Of a stretch of DNA of 64,000 bases, positions 9,086 to 18,800 are shown one piece after another (position 1 is the stretch's first letter; each line of letters starts with the position of its first letter). The notes beneath the pieces were generated by a model that worked only from the letters and a program-made list of their open reading frames with translations, did no database searches and was not told the origin of the DNA. Source of the DNA: Leptolyngbyaceae cyanobacterium (GTDB lineage: Bacteria > Cyanobacteriota > Cyanobacteriia > Phormidesmidales > Phormidesmidaceae); the NCBI GenBank assembly GCA_965263355.1, contig CBDHHL010000014.1:1-64000 (forward strand). The letters are read 5' to 3'. The translations under genes and the position numbers were made by a program.

Positions 9086-9922
9086 ATGCCTAAAACCTTG
9101 ACCGCTAAACAGGACACTTGGCTACTGAGAATAATCACCCAATCTAGCAAGTTACCTGAAGACCAAAAGATCAAACTGCATGAAGGCGATGTCCTTGAAC
9201 TGAATTGGGCCGAAGCTCAACAGGACGATGCAGGCACACCGATTGATGAGGGCAACTATGCTCAAGTTTCACTAAAAAGAAAAAAGCAAAAATTTCATAA
9301 CTGGTTTTGTTTCCTAAAACACGTCGTCATCGGCGGCACTGATGCGCAGAAGAAGCAAAAGGCAGTCGGGAATACAATCACAACCCTTGACGGCGGGATA
9401 GAGAGCCAACCCAAGCCAATTGTAAACGCCTACGACTTCAAATTTTCGTTGCCTGGTAGCTCTGGCACCTTTAACATGAGCGCCCCCATCCGCTATGGCA
9501 AGGGGAAAAACAAGTGGTATGAGGCGCTACATTTTGACCCAAAAACAAAATCATGGCGCAAGCCCGCTGATGCTGGCGTTGTAAGTCGAATTGTTGCCCA
9601 CGATGTAACTATTGAAAAGTTCAGAGCTGTTATTGCAGATGCGTATCAAACAACACCTGAGAAAGTCAGTATTTCATTCAACAGCTGGTATCGCGACCCT
9701 GAAACCAACCGTCGTGTAGGCGGCGCGAGTCGTTCTCGCCATTGCTATGGTGACGGGACGGATTTTCTTGTGTTTATTAACAAAAAACAAATTCCATGCC
9801 ACAAGATCAACGCGATTTTGCGGCCATGGTGCATCAGAAACGGCGTGGCCCTAGCGTCTGCCAGTGTATTCACGCATGGTGACAGTAGGGGTTATTTTGC
9901 AGAGTGGAACTACGGATTTTAA
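9086..9922 (+). CDS. endolysin, peptidase M15 (Zn D-Ala-D-Ala peptidase) family
   Basis: SWYRDPETNRRVGGASRSRHCYGDGTD and FTHGDSR M15A motifs; AGGAG upstream of the ATG. Confidence 0.85.
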   Translation: MPKTLTAKQDTWLLRIITQSSKLPEDQKIKLHEGDVLELNWAEAQQDDAGTPIDEGNYAQVSLKRKKQKFHNWFCFLKHVVIGGTDAQKKQKAVGNTITTLDGGIESQPKPIVNAYDFKFSLPGSSGTFNMSAPIRYGKGKNKWYEALHFDPKTKSWRKPADAGVVSRIVAHDVTIEKFRAVIADAYQTTPEKVSISFNSWYRDPETNRRVGGASRSRHCYGDGTDFLVFINKKQIPCHKINAILRPWCIRNGVALASASVFTHGDSRGYFAEWNYGF

Positions 9923-9926
9923 TAAT

Positions 9927-10664
9927 ATGAAAGTAACATTTTTACAGGATTCATTCCTGAAACATAGGCCGGTCCCCCCTGACCAACTAGGGGACTACGA
10001 AAAAGAGCCAGTCAGAGCGGGCGAATGGATTAATATAATTGCAGCAAGACCCGAGCTGGAACGTGACAATTTATATATCACGCTATCTCAAGACCCTGGT
10101 GAAAAATTTAAGACTGTTGACGGGCGAAACTCTGTTTATCTCGTACCCAGCCACACCGACTACGAAGTTGCAGATACTACAGATCCTAATGTGCGTGCTG
10201 CAGCAGCGACATACAATCGAATTAGTGATCAAGGTCTAGAGTTACTAAAGGCTTTCGAAGGCTGCAAGCTTACTGCTTACTATTGCGCTGCAAATGTCCT
10301 AACAATCGGTTACGGCAGCACTGGCAAGCATATTCAAGAAGGCATGACGATCACTCAGGATGAAGCCGACGATCTGCTTCACAAAGACCTGAAACGCTTT
10401 ATGCATGGGGTTCAAGAGCTGGTGACCGTGCCCTTAACCCATGATCAGTTTTCGGCGTTAGTCAGCTTTGCTTTTAACTGCGGGCTTGGCGCATTGGAGG
10501 ATTCCACGCTATTAAAACGAGTTAACAACGAAGAATTTGAAGGCGTAGCCGATGCCTTCAATATGTGGGTTAAAGGCGGCAACAAAGTATTGCAAGGCTT
10601 AGTACGTCGTCGCAAGTCTGAAGCCCATCTATTTAATGAAGGAGTCTATAAATCGTTCGAATAA
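9927..10664 (+). CDS. phage lysozyme (GH24/RrrD family endolysin) with N-terminal accessory domain
   Basis: LKAFEGCKLTAYYCAANVLTIGYG, QFSALVSFAFNCG, GLVRRRKSE. Confidence 0.93.
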   Translation: MKVTFLQDSFLKHRPVPPDQLGDYEKEPVRAGEWINIIAARPELERDNLYITLSQDPGEKFKTVDGRNSVYLVPSHTDYEVADTTDPNVRAAAATYNRISDQGLELLKAFEGCKLTAYYCAANVLTIGYGSTGKHIQEGMTITQDEADDLLHKDLKRFMHGVQELVTVPLTHDQFSALVSFAFNCGLGALEDSTLLKRVNNEEFEGVADAFNMWVKGGNKVLQGLVRRRKSEAHLFNEGVYKSFE

Positions 10665-10676
10665 TATTCAGTGAAA

Positions 10677-10715
10677 ATTGCCACTGGCATTAACAGTAAC
10701 AACGCCAGTGGCAAT
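10677..10715. terminator. 12-bp-stem hairpin after the lysozyme gene
   Basis: ATTGCCACTGGC ... GCCAGTGGCAAT inverted repeat. Confidence 0.55.
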
Positions 10716-10812
10716 GCAACGTAAAATACAAAATCCATTTTCTGTTTGCCATTAACGACGAGCCTACCGTAACTGATCCCCATCAAGAAAACCGCAATTA
10801 TAGGTAAATCTG

Positions 10813-11031
10813 ATGTCTCAAAAGCAGAAAGAACTATTTACTTCTAGCGTGGCTCTGATTGGCGCGATCTCTTTGTGGTTCGTTAAATTCTCAGTGCTGC
10901 AAGCGATCGCCATTATATGGATGTTTGCAACTATCGTAATCGCTATTATTAACGCGGGGTTCGACTTACATGAAGAAAGGATATTCAAAGAATGGGAAGG
11001 CGACTACCAAAAAGAAGAAAAAGAAAGCTAA
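10813..11031 (+). CDS. small two-TM membrane protein (holin candidate)
   Basis: Two hydrophobic helices and a charged C-tail, downstream of the endolysins. Confidence 0.5.
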   Translation: MSQKQKELFTSSVALIGAISLWFVKFSVLQAIAIIWMFATIVIAIINAGFDLHEERIFKEWEGDYQKEEKES

Positions 11032-11040
11032 AAAGAAAAA

Positions 11041-11238
11041 ATGATCAAGATATTTAATAGGTCCTGGAAACCTATCCTGATAGGTTTTTTGCTAATGCAT
11101 ATCCTAAAAATTATCCCACTGTCTTTCCTGCTGCAAGCATTTGGTCTATTACTAGCCCTCGCGTTCACCTTAACCGTTCTGCTATTTTTTGCAGGCGTAT
11201 TAAGCATTGAAATTGCCAATTGTTTTCCGCGAAAATGA
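11041..11238 (+). CDS. small two-TM membrane protein
   Basis: Almost wholly hydrophobic 65-aa ORF coupled to the lipase gene. Confidence 0.45.
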   Translation: MIKIFNRSWKPILIGFLLMHILKIIPLSFLLQAFGLLLALAFTLTVLLFFAGVLSIEIANCFPRK

Positions 11239-12026
11239 GACAAACTAAACTTATCTACCAAGCTCAACTGGCACACGCTTCTTATCTGCAAAAACCAGCT
11301 GGCTTTCTTGAGCACTATAAAAAAATAACGATAGAAAATAATGTTGCTTGGTATTTCAAAAGCAAAGACAAAACAACCATTATTTTCAGGGGCACCGATA
11401 CCCTATGGTCTGATTGGAAACGGTCTAATTTAATCTTTTGGCCCCATAAAGAATGTAAAGATTTCAAGGCTCATACTGGGTTCTATGATGGTGCTTTGAA
11501 ATTTATGCAGCATTGCCAGAAAGAAAATTTATTAGATAGCCCATTAGAACTGATTGGTCATAGCCTTGGAGGTGCGATCGCTTTGATGTTCGGCATGATT
11601 GCAGCTGACAATGGTTGTCCTATTGAAAGTATTATCACCTTTGGAGCACCCAGGGGCATGGATGAAGCCGGGGCCGATAAACACCAGGCGCTAGGCTTAG
11701 AAGATAAAACTTGGCAGGTGCGTAATGGGTCAGACCCTGTGTGTCGAATAATGCTGAGTTTCGATACAACCAAAAAAGTATTAGACCTGATCGGCTTAGA
11801 TGTCAGGGTAGGCGCATCTCATCCATGGTGCCACGAAATAATTACGAACCATCAGACGGGGAAAATCATAGAAAGCCCTGACGAATGGCAGAATGTCAGG
11901 GCCAAAGAACCCGATACCATTAGCCGCATCGAAAAGTTTGCCTCAGCAATCAAGGGGCAGATTGCTGAGGCTTTCATAGTTGACGATCACATGATTTGGA
12001 ACTATATCAAAGGCTTAGGAGGTTGA
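11235..12026 (+). CDS. class-3 lipase (alpha/beta hydrolase)
   Basis: IFRGT, HTGF, GHSLGG nucleophile elbow, TFGAPR, NGSDPV, C-terminal His (DDHM). Confidence 0.9.
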   Translation: MRQTKLIYQAQLAHASYLQKPAGFLEHYKKITIENNVAWYFKSKDKTTIIFRGTDTLWSDWKRSNLIFWPHKECKDFKAHTGFYDGALKFMQHCQKENLLDSPLELIGHSLGGAIALMFGMIAADNGCPIESIITFGAPRGMDEAGADKHQALGLEDKTWQVRNGSDPVCRIMLSFDTTKKVLDLIGLDVRVGASHPWCHEIITNHQTGKIIESPDEWQNVRAKEPDTISRIEKFASAIKGQIAEAFIVDDHMIWNYIKGLGG

Positions 12027-12209
12027 TTTTGAAGGCAAATATTACAATTCCAGTGGACTCAGCTGTACTTGAAAAGGCTAGACAGCTGGGGATTCCAGTG
12101 CAAGATTTACTGAAAGAAGAAATATTAACGGCAGCCGATAGAGTGCTACTGCCATTAATTGGAGAATATGCGGCTAATTGTGATCGTACTGATTATGTTC
12201 CAAGTTGGA

Positions 12210-12455
12210 TTAAGCGGCGCTAAGTTGCTTCATATGTTTGCCACGGTCATCACTGGAAACGACCCCTCTTTGCCCTATCCAGTACATTAGTTGTCCAGTC
12301 GTCACAGCTCCATTTTTATCACGGGCAAGCTTAAGATGATTGTGGACGACACGAACAGCAATACCAAGCTCTTTGGCTATTTTCTTATTATGCCAGCCTT
12401 TACTAATAAGCATAATGATCTCATACTGCCTAGGCGTTAATACTACTGGTTCCAC
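12210..12455 (-). CDS. LuxR-type helix-turn-helix regulator
   Basis: LTPRQYEII...GWHNKKIAKELGIAVRVVHNHL. Confidence 0.85.
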   Translation of the reverse strand: MEPVVLTPRQYEIIMLISKGWHNKKIAKELGIAVRVVHNHLKLARDKNGAVTTGQLMYWIGQRGVVSSDDRGKHMKQLSAA

Positions 12456-12623
12456 AAATTTCCCCTACGGCAAAACATTTAAACAATACGGCACATGCGA
12501 GATTCGCGATGTCATCGTCTTTTTTCCTCAGCAAACATCCATGCCCATACAAGACGGAATAAAGCTTTATCGGCTGCATACACTCGCCACTTTTCATTGA
12601 TTTTATTTTGGCGAGCAATTATT

Positions 12624-13289
12624 TTAATTTCTTCTGGACAGTTCACGCTTGTTCCCTCTCAAATATAATTTCGCTTTAGCAATTTCCCCGTCACGCAGCA
12701 GCGCAAAAACATGATCTTTTTGGCTTTCCCTTAAAACTTGATATTCCAACATATCTTTATATTCCAAGCCAGCAAACGGGGAAACTTCACGGATTGGGTC
12801 TTGTCTAAAAATTCTTGGTCTAGAATATATCTCTGTTTGAATTGTCCGTTGCCTATTGCTTTTGAACCATAGCTTTCTGACCAGCTCAGTCGCATGAAAA
12901 TCATAACGACCTGGGCCAGACTCTATTAACTTTAACCTTATAAGTGCATCACGGACCCGCTGATTCATAGGAGTGTGCATAGTCAAGAAACTCTCGAATT
13001 CTCTAGCCTGAATATCAGTTAATAACTCAAACGCTGCTTCAATTAATTCAACCTCAGTAAATGGTTGAAGTTTTTTATACTTCATCCATATTTCACGGAC
13101 TCCAGGGGCAAGCTCATAGGAGGCAATGAGCAGTCCAGCCCGACGGAATGCGCTTAAAACAGCACCTGATCGAGACGGTGGCAGAACATGGCCCCCACCC
13201 TGGCAAATCATATTTAAGATCTTGGTTCTAATCTTTCTGGACTGTTCGTATTTTTCAACTTCGTTCTTAATTTGTTCTAATGTCCACAT
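12624..13289 (-). CDS. hypothetical phage protein
   Basis: 221-aa ATG ORF within a minus-strand operon. Confidence 0.6.
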   Translation of the reverse strand: MWTLEQIKNEVEKYEQSRKIRTKILNMICQGGGHVLPPSRSGAVLSAFRRAGLLIASYELAPGVREIWMKYKKLQPFTEVELIEAAFELLTDIQAREFESFLTMHTPMNQRVRDALIRLKLIESGPGRYDFHATELVRKLWFKSNRQRTIQTEIYSRPRIFRQDPIREVSPFAGLEYKDMLEYQVLRESQKDHVFALLRDGEIAKAKLYLRGNKRELSRRN

Positions 13290-13335
13290 AATAATTCCTG
13301 TATAATTTCAGCTTGATTGGGCTTCATGCGTGTCA

Positions 13336-14370
13336 TCAACCCACCAACTCCAATAAACTTTTTTGCTCATATTTGCCCAACGTAAACTCGCCCCCGAATT
13401 CCCAAAAACCCTCGACAAACTGATCATCTCGACTATTGCCGTTAATCCCGTTGTTGCCCCCAGTCAAAACGCTAAGAGATGTTAACCGCCAATCACGGCC
13501 AAGCTTATCCATCCGTTCAATCGCGTCACACAATGGATCTGAAATATAATTAGTCATAACAATCCGTTCAATTCGAGGGTTAGCCAACAGCCTTTCTAGC
13601 GTGCTAACAATCAAATCAAACAACTCACTCCCTTGCGGATCACCATGACAGATATACGACGGTGTTAACGCCCCTGTCCCCCGTCGTCCTGATCTAGAAC
13701 CTTTCGGTACCCAATAAGGCGCATCATGCAAAGCGATCGCCTTGCCAGTAAAAGAAAGTTCAAAACTATCAATACAAGCATGGGCGTCATTAAAAAAGTG
13801 AAGCCTCCAATCAGGGCTAAACCAGGGCATCTTATAGCCCCAACCATCATTCAAGGATTCAAGTAACTCTGGCGACAATTGAGGCTCATTTTTCACAAAC
13901 CCAGACTTTTTCTTGAGACTAGCTACCTTATCGCGACTCTCTTTTACGTTTAATCGCCCCTTAGTATTCGCCCTGAGACAGCTCATAAACGTGAACTCGC
14001 GAATCAATAAAGACGCAGCAGCAAGTGTTACACAGTCACTTGCATCCTTGGTATCAACAATAGCTTTGAGGTTTTCGTAAACAAATTTTGGCCCCTTCGA
14101 GAGCACTTCTTTAGACCAATTATTAATAGTCTTCTCTACTTGCTGCCTTAGACTATCATCTTGCCAACATTGATAAATCACCTGGACAACAGGATCTATA
14201 TCAGCCAAGAAAGCCCGCTTAACAATTCCGTTGCCGAGCATCCAATGGCTGAAATGGCCAGCACAGGCAAAAGGTTCAATGCTGGCATCATAAACATAGC
14301 GCCTATCCCATACAGGATACTTAACGCGATCTTTTTTGCTACCAGGGGTGGGGAATAAACCTGTTTTCAT
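13336..14370 (-). CDS. Dam/D12-class DNA adenine methyltransferase-like protein (variant motifs)
   Basis: FPTPGSK, EPFACAG (motif I), ADID, HDAPY (DPPY-like motif IV), VMTN. Confidence 0.75.
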   Translation of the reverse strand: MKTGLFPTPGSKKDRVKYPVWDRRYVYDASIEPFACAGHFSHWMLGNGIVKRAFLADIDPVVQVIYQCWQDDSLRQQVEKTINNWSKEVLSKGPKFVYENLKAIVDTKDASDCVTLAAASLLIREFTFMSCLRANTKGRLNVKESRDKVASLKKKSGFVKNEPQLSPELLESLNDGWGYKMPWFSPDWRLHFFNDAHACIDSFELSFTGKAIALHDAPYWVPKGSRSGRRGTGALTPSYICHGDPQGSELFDLIVSTLERLLANPRIERIVMTNYISDPLCDAIERMDKLGRDWRLTSLSVLTGGNNGINGNSRDDQFVEGFWEFGGEFTLGKYEQKSLLELVG

Positions 14371-14373
14371 TTT

Positions 14374-15018
14374 TTACTTGACCGCCCCCACCCTAATAAG
14401 TTCTTTACCAATCCATTCAGTGTAGGCAGGGGGGATAGCTTGAGCTAGCTCTTTCTGAGTCATCCATGAGATGCGCATAGCTTTCTTAGCTTCAGCAACT
14501 CTAAAGTTATGCCCTGCAACAGTAATATATCCCCCTTCAGCTAATCGGCTCATTCCCCGATGGCTACCTGTACTGCCTTCAACTGGCACAATTGGCGGGC
14601 TCATCAACCAAGGGTTTATTTCGAAATAACGATCTCGAATCACTTGTAAGCCAAACATATTGCCACGCAAAACAATGGCATTGATTAAATGTCTTTTTGC
14701 ACCTGGCACATTTTCAATTACGTATGGCCTTCCAATAGCTCTTAATTTATCTCTAACCGAGTCAATAAGCTTAGGAGCATTTGATTTGCTGAGACTTTTT
14801 GTAACACTATAACCCTGGCATGGTGGGCTTGCGTGGATTACGTCAAACTCAAACGGGTTCAACGACTTTAATGCTTCTAAATAATCCATTTGATGGAATT
14901 CAAATGGATACCTTGGTTGTGGCTTATAATCAACTCCAACAACCTGAAAGCCTGCTCTGTGATAGCCCATTGCTGCGCCTCCAGCACAGCAAAAAAGATC
15001 TAAAAGTTTATAACTCAT
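14374..15018 (-). CDS. DNA (cytosine-5) methyltransferase, short phage type
   Basis: LDLFCCAGG, ASPPCQ, IENV, RDRYFE, AIPPAY. Confidence 0.9.
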   Translation of the reverse strand: MSYKLLDLFCCAGGAAMGYHRAGFQVVGVDYKPQPRYPFEFHQMDYLEALKSLNPFEFDVIHASPPCQGYSVTKSLSKSNAPKLIDSVRDKLRAIGRPYVIENVPGAKRHLINAIVLRGNMFGLQVIRDRYFEINPWLMSPPIVPVEGSTGSHRGMSRLAEGGYITVAGHNFRVAEAKKAMRISWMTQKELAQAIPPAYTEWIGKELIRVGAVK

Positions 15019-15151
15019 AGCAATAGTATTCAGTCTTGAAAAGTGTTCAATCTTGAAAGACCTCAATTATGCTTACCGGTTCGTGGCCTAATAAAAAAGC
15101 CAGTGTGATGAAAATTGCAGAGGCCAAATGACCCCTGCATCAAACTAACTA

Positions 15152-16330
15152 TTAAATAGCGGCTGGCTGAGGAGCCTTAGAATTCTCAGCAAGACGAGCC
15201 TTGATGCCCGCAACAAAAGAACTTTGAGAAGATTCAGGCAAACGTAAACGACAAATAACTCGCTTGTTTTTGTTCTTCATCTCTTCAATCCTATCAATAG
15301 AAAGGATCGCAGGGGCATCAATGCTTAATTGAGTAGTAGAGCCCAAAAGCACCCGTTTAATATAAGTATTGCCATTGATCGTCTTCTCAGAGCCATCAAC
15401 AATGGCATAAATTTCAACCCCATCACCAAACTTGCCCTGAGTCTTTTTGTAACCAACTATCTTATATTCAACCTCAGGGCTAAGCTCGGAAAGCTTCATG
15501 TAATTGCCTCCCGTCAGCTCAAACTCATGCCCATTGACACTAAGTTTTTTGCCTTCCTTGGAAACGGTTAATTCTTCAGCGAACCAACCATTTTCATCAA
15601 TAGAAAACTTTGCCCAATCTTCTTTATTGCCTGGTGCGTAAAAAAGCACTGGTTTTTCACCGATAGCACCTAAGATAGATCCGTAAAATTCACCTTCTTT
15701 GTCTCTCTTGGGAACCCATTTAATATGGGCAAACTCAATATCTGAACCGTCTTCTACATCCCCCCACTTGATTCTTTCCTCACCTCGCAACAAAAACTCA
15801 GTAAGTTTTTCAGGCGTATTTGCCATAGATAAACGGGCGCTCACAAGTTTGCGCCCATCTTCAGAGCGATGCTCATACTGTAAGCGAACAGGGCAAACCA
15901 ACGCATATCCAGATGGATCTAAAATCAGCGTATCATCGCCTAAATTAAGCGCGTACAAATCGCTAGGAAACGCAGTTTCATTAGGGATGACAAATCGCTG
16001 CTGTCCCCACCTGACGCAAATCCCGTCTTCATAGGCATAAATAGCAGGTGTAGCTAAATAACCGCCATTATCATTGTTTACAAAAACGCAAGTACAACCG
16101 TCCGGATTGTACTCGGTAAAACCAAGTTTCACAGCAAGCTGGTTAAACGCCTCACGAATATCTTCCGGCAAACTCTGATCCGGAATGTCAATCTTGTCTT
16201 CGCTAATCCCAGCACTCAATAATTCTGTCTCAAGGTCCATTAACTTTTGAGTAAGGTTAATGCTTGGAACAGCAGCAGTTGCAGTAGTTTGAGCTTGAGT
16301 GCTAGAGCCTTTCTTTTGAAATCGGGCCAT
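15152..16330 (-). CDS. hypothetical protein divergent from primase (possible ssDNA-binding/recombination protein)
   Basis: Long ORF; function inferred only from position and beta-rich composition. Confidence 0.6.
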   Translation of the reverse strand: MARFQKKGSSTQAQTTATAAVPSINLTQKLMDLETELLSAGISEDKIDIPDQSLPEDIREAFNQLAVKLGFTEYNPDGCTCVFVNNDNGGYLATPAIYAYEDGICVRWGQQRFVIPNETAFPSDLYALNLGDDTLILDPSGYALVCPVRLQYEHRSEDGRKLVSARLSMANTPEKLTEFLLRGEERIKWGDVEDGSDIEFAHIKWVPKRDKEGEFYGSILGAIGEKPVLFYAPGNKEDWAKFSIDENGWFAEELTVSKEGKKLSVNGHEFELTGGNYMKLSELSPEVEYKIVGYKKTQGKFGDGVEIYAIVDGSEKTINGNTYIKRVLLGSTTQLSIDAPAILSIDRIEEMKNKNKRVICRLRLPESSQSSFVAGIKARLAENSKAPQPAAI

Positions 16331-16427
16331 AATAATAAATTCCAATTTTTGAACATCGAGTTAGAGCAAACGTGGCATCGAACCGCTCTAAACGCTTATA
16401 AGTACAACCCTAAAAAATACAATCAAG

Positions 16428-16448
16428 TTTGTCAAGGGGCTTGACAAA
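16428..16448. promoter_or_regulatory. palindrome with back-to-back TTGACA boxes in the divergent promoter region
   Basis: TTTGTCAAG-GGG-CTTGACAAA between two divergent genes. Confidence 0.5.
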
Positions 16449-16533
16449 AAAGAAAAAATGCAGCCATGCTTGTAAAGCAATGCCATTATATAAAACGCAG
16501 CAAATATAATGGGCTTCCTGGAATTTAATAAAT

Positions 16534-18783
16534 ATGAGTGGATTAGGAGCTGATTTTGGATGGAAATCAATACGCAAGTTTATTCCCGAGCTGCCCGAGC
16601 AGCACTATCTAGAAGCCCATCACGCCAATCATTTAGCGGAAAGCGGTATAAGTCCCAGTGCTGCCCTAGTAGCTGGCATATTTAGCGCTGATGCTGCCTT
16701 AGCTAGAGCGCTCACAGGCCACGGTAGAGCCGGTCTGATATTCACTTATTTCACAATTGACGGCAAGGACGTATATCGATGGGGGGATGATAGCAGGCCA
16801 TTTTTTAGACTCAGGCCAGACAACCCGCCAACCCCAAAATGTAAATATCTATCCCCAAAAGGAGCGCCCCCACGGATTTATTTTCCGAGAGTGGCTAACA
16901 AAGTAGATTTTACTAAGCTTTCAGGACTCAACCTAGCCTTAGCAGAGGGCGAGAAAAAAAGCCTATTAGCAACACTCTGCAATATCCCATGTATAGGGAT
17001 TGGAGGAGTTAACAGTTACAAGACTGGCGATAAGGACGAATGGGGCAACCGTGCTTTAGGATGCCTGGTTGATGAGATTGATATTAGAGCCGCGCAAAAC
17101 TTAACCATAGTTTTTGATAGCGATATCACTCACAAATATCAAGTTGCTAGTGCCATCAAAGCATTAGCTGGAAATTTAATAGAGGCTTATCATCAGCTCG
17201 AAATAGACGAGACAGGCTCTGGCGAACGAGTGCCTACCCGAACACTAGTATTAGCTAAAAAATTAAAATATGCGCTGCTTCCAACACGATTGAAGCTTGG
17301 TAATGAAAAAAAGACCAAAAAACTAGGCTTAGATGACGCAATTATGCTATTGGGCGAATCGCCAGTAAAGGAATTGTTAAGACATGCATTGCCATTAGTA
17401 AAATGCAAGTGGGAAGATAAGTCATTAGATACTGAGTGCCTATTTGCGTCTGAACCACTGGGAGACGATGCCCACAAAGATACTCCTATTAATAAACAGC
17501 ATCATGTTAGGGGGTTAATCAGTTGGTTATCCTTACATGGCATCTATGCGAATATCCCTGATTATTCAAAACGTCAATATTACCCAGAGGGTATCTGGAA
17601 AGACGTAGGCGAGGAAGCCTGGAAATTACTTTCCGAACAAATAGCTGACACTCAGTGTTGGCTAAATAGGAAGCGTGCGATCGCGGCGCAAGAACTTAGA
17701 TTTGTAGAGAACAAGACCCGATTAAGTAAAGACCAATTTGACCAACCGCATCTACTAGGATTTATTAATGGAGTGCTGGAGCTTAATAAAAAAGAGCTTA
17801 TTCCACATTCTCCTCAAAATTATATTACTCAGACATTAGGATTTTCATATGACCCTGAAGCCCAATGTATCCAATGGCTAACCTGGCTAAATTGGATATT
17901 CGAAGATGATGAAAAGTGGCCAGAGATTATTCAAGCCCTTATTCGTTGGACGATCACGCCTAAAGAAAAAGGTCCCTATCCCATTCATATATGGCCTGTT
18001 CTAATTGGCCCAGCTGGCATCGGTAAAGGAACATTTTTAAGTGTGTTAACGCAGCTAGTAGGCGAAGGCAGTTATGCCGCCTGGAATTATCACAACGTGA
18101 ATGACGCTCGCGGCATGAACAGTATGTCCGGCAAACGAGCTTGTTTTGCAATGGACCTTAAAGGCGAATTGGGCAGTCAGGCAGTTGGAAATATCAACTC
18201 AATCTGTGTCAACGAGCCTCTAGACGTAGAAGCTAAATATAAAGACAAACGAACCGAAGAGTTCAAAACTGTCTTATGGGCAGCCATGAACCAGCCGATC
18301 AAGTCCAGGGCAGCTGACCAAGAAGGACTTAGTAGGCGAGTACTATATATCCCATTTAGCCGCAAACCCGCCGAGATCGATACTGAGCTGGCCAACAAAT
18401 TAAAAACTGAGCTACCAGGAATATTTAATTGGGCTTGGGCTATCTCCCTAGATGAAGCAGTGGAAACACTAAAAACCCACCTCAAGTCTGAGGAGAACAT
18501 AGCATTACAGCAACGTCACTTGGCAGAGTCAAATACTGTCTACGAATGGATGGAACATCTAGAACTATCCGTTGCTCAAACTCAAATAATTAGTGTCTGG
18601 TACAACCGTTATAAAGAATGGGTACTTAACACAGGCTGCAAACCATTAAAAATGAGAAATTGGAAAAAATACATCCTTGCCGCCGGGGCCGAAACTCAGA
18701 GGAAGACAGGAGAAGGCATCCCGCTAACACTACCTCCCCTAAAAGACGTTGACATTAGAAAAATGCTAGGACTATTCAAGTGA
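16534..18783 (+). CDS. DUF3854 (TOPRIM-like) primase fused to P4/D5-type SF3 helicase with C-terminal winged helix
   Basis: KYLSPKG, AEGEKK, GIGGV, IVFDSD, GLDD; D5_N-like GFINGVL..PHSPQNYIT; Walker A GPAGIGKGT; RRVLYIPF. Confidence 0.9.
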   Translation: MSGLGADFGWKSIRKFIPELPEQHYLEAHHANHLAESGISPSAALVAGIFSADAALARALTGHGRAGLIFTYFTIDGKDVYRWGDDSRPFFRLRPDNPPTPKCKYLSPKGAPPRIYFPRVANKVDFTKLSGLNLALAEGEKKSLLATLCNIPCIGIGGVNSYKTGDKDEWGNRALGCLVDEIDIRAAQNLTIVFDSDITHKYQVASAIKALAGNLIEAYHQLEIDETGSGERVPTRTLVLAKKLKYALLPTRLKLGNEKKTKKLGLDDAIMLLGESPVKELLRHALPLVKCKWEDKSLDTECLFASEPLGDDAHKDTPINKQHHVRGLISWLSLHGIYANIPDYSKRQYYPEGIWKDVGEEAWKLLSEQIADTQCWLNRKRAIAAQELRFVENKTRLSKDQFDQPHLLGFINGVLELNKKELIPHSPQNYITQTLGFSYDPEAQCIQWLTWLNWIFEDDEKWPEIIQALIRWTITPKEKGPYPIHIWPVLIGPAGIGKGTFLSVLTQLVGEGSYAAWNYHNVNDARGMNSMSGKRACFAMDLKGELGSQAVGNINSICVNEPLDVEAKYKDKRTEEFKTVLWAAMNQPIKSRAADQEGLSRRVLYIPFSRKPAEIDTELANKLKTELPGIFNWAWAISLDEAVETLKTHLKSEENIALQQRHLAESNTVYEWMEHLELSVAQTQIISVWYNRYKEWVLNTGCKPLKMRNWKKYILAAGAETQRKTGEGIPLTLPPLKDVDIRKMLGLFK

Positions 18784-18800
18784 TACCTCCCGACGCTGAG

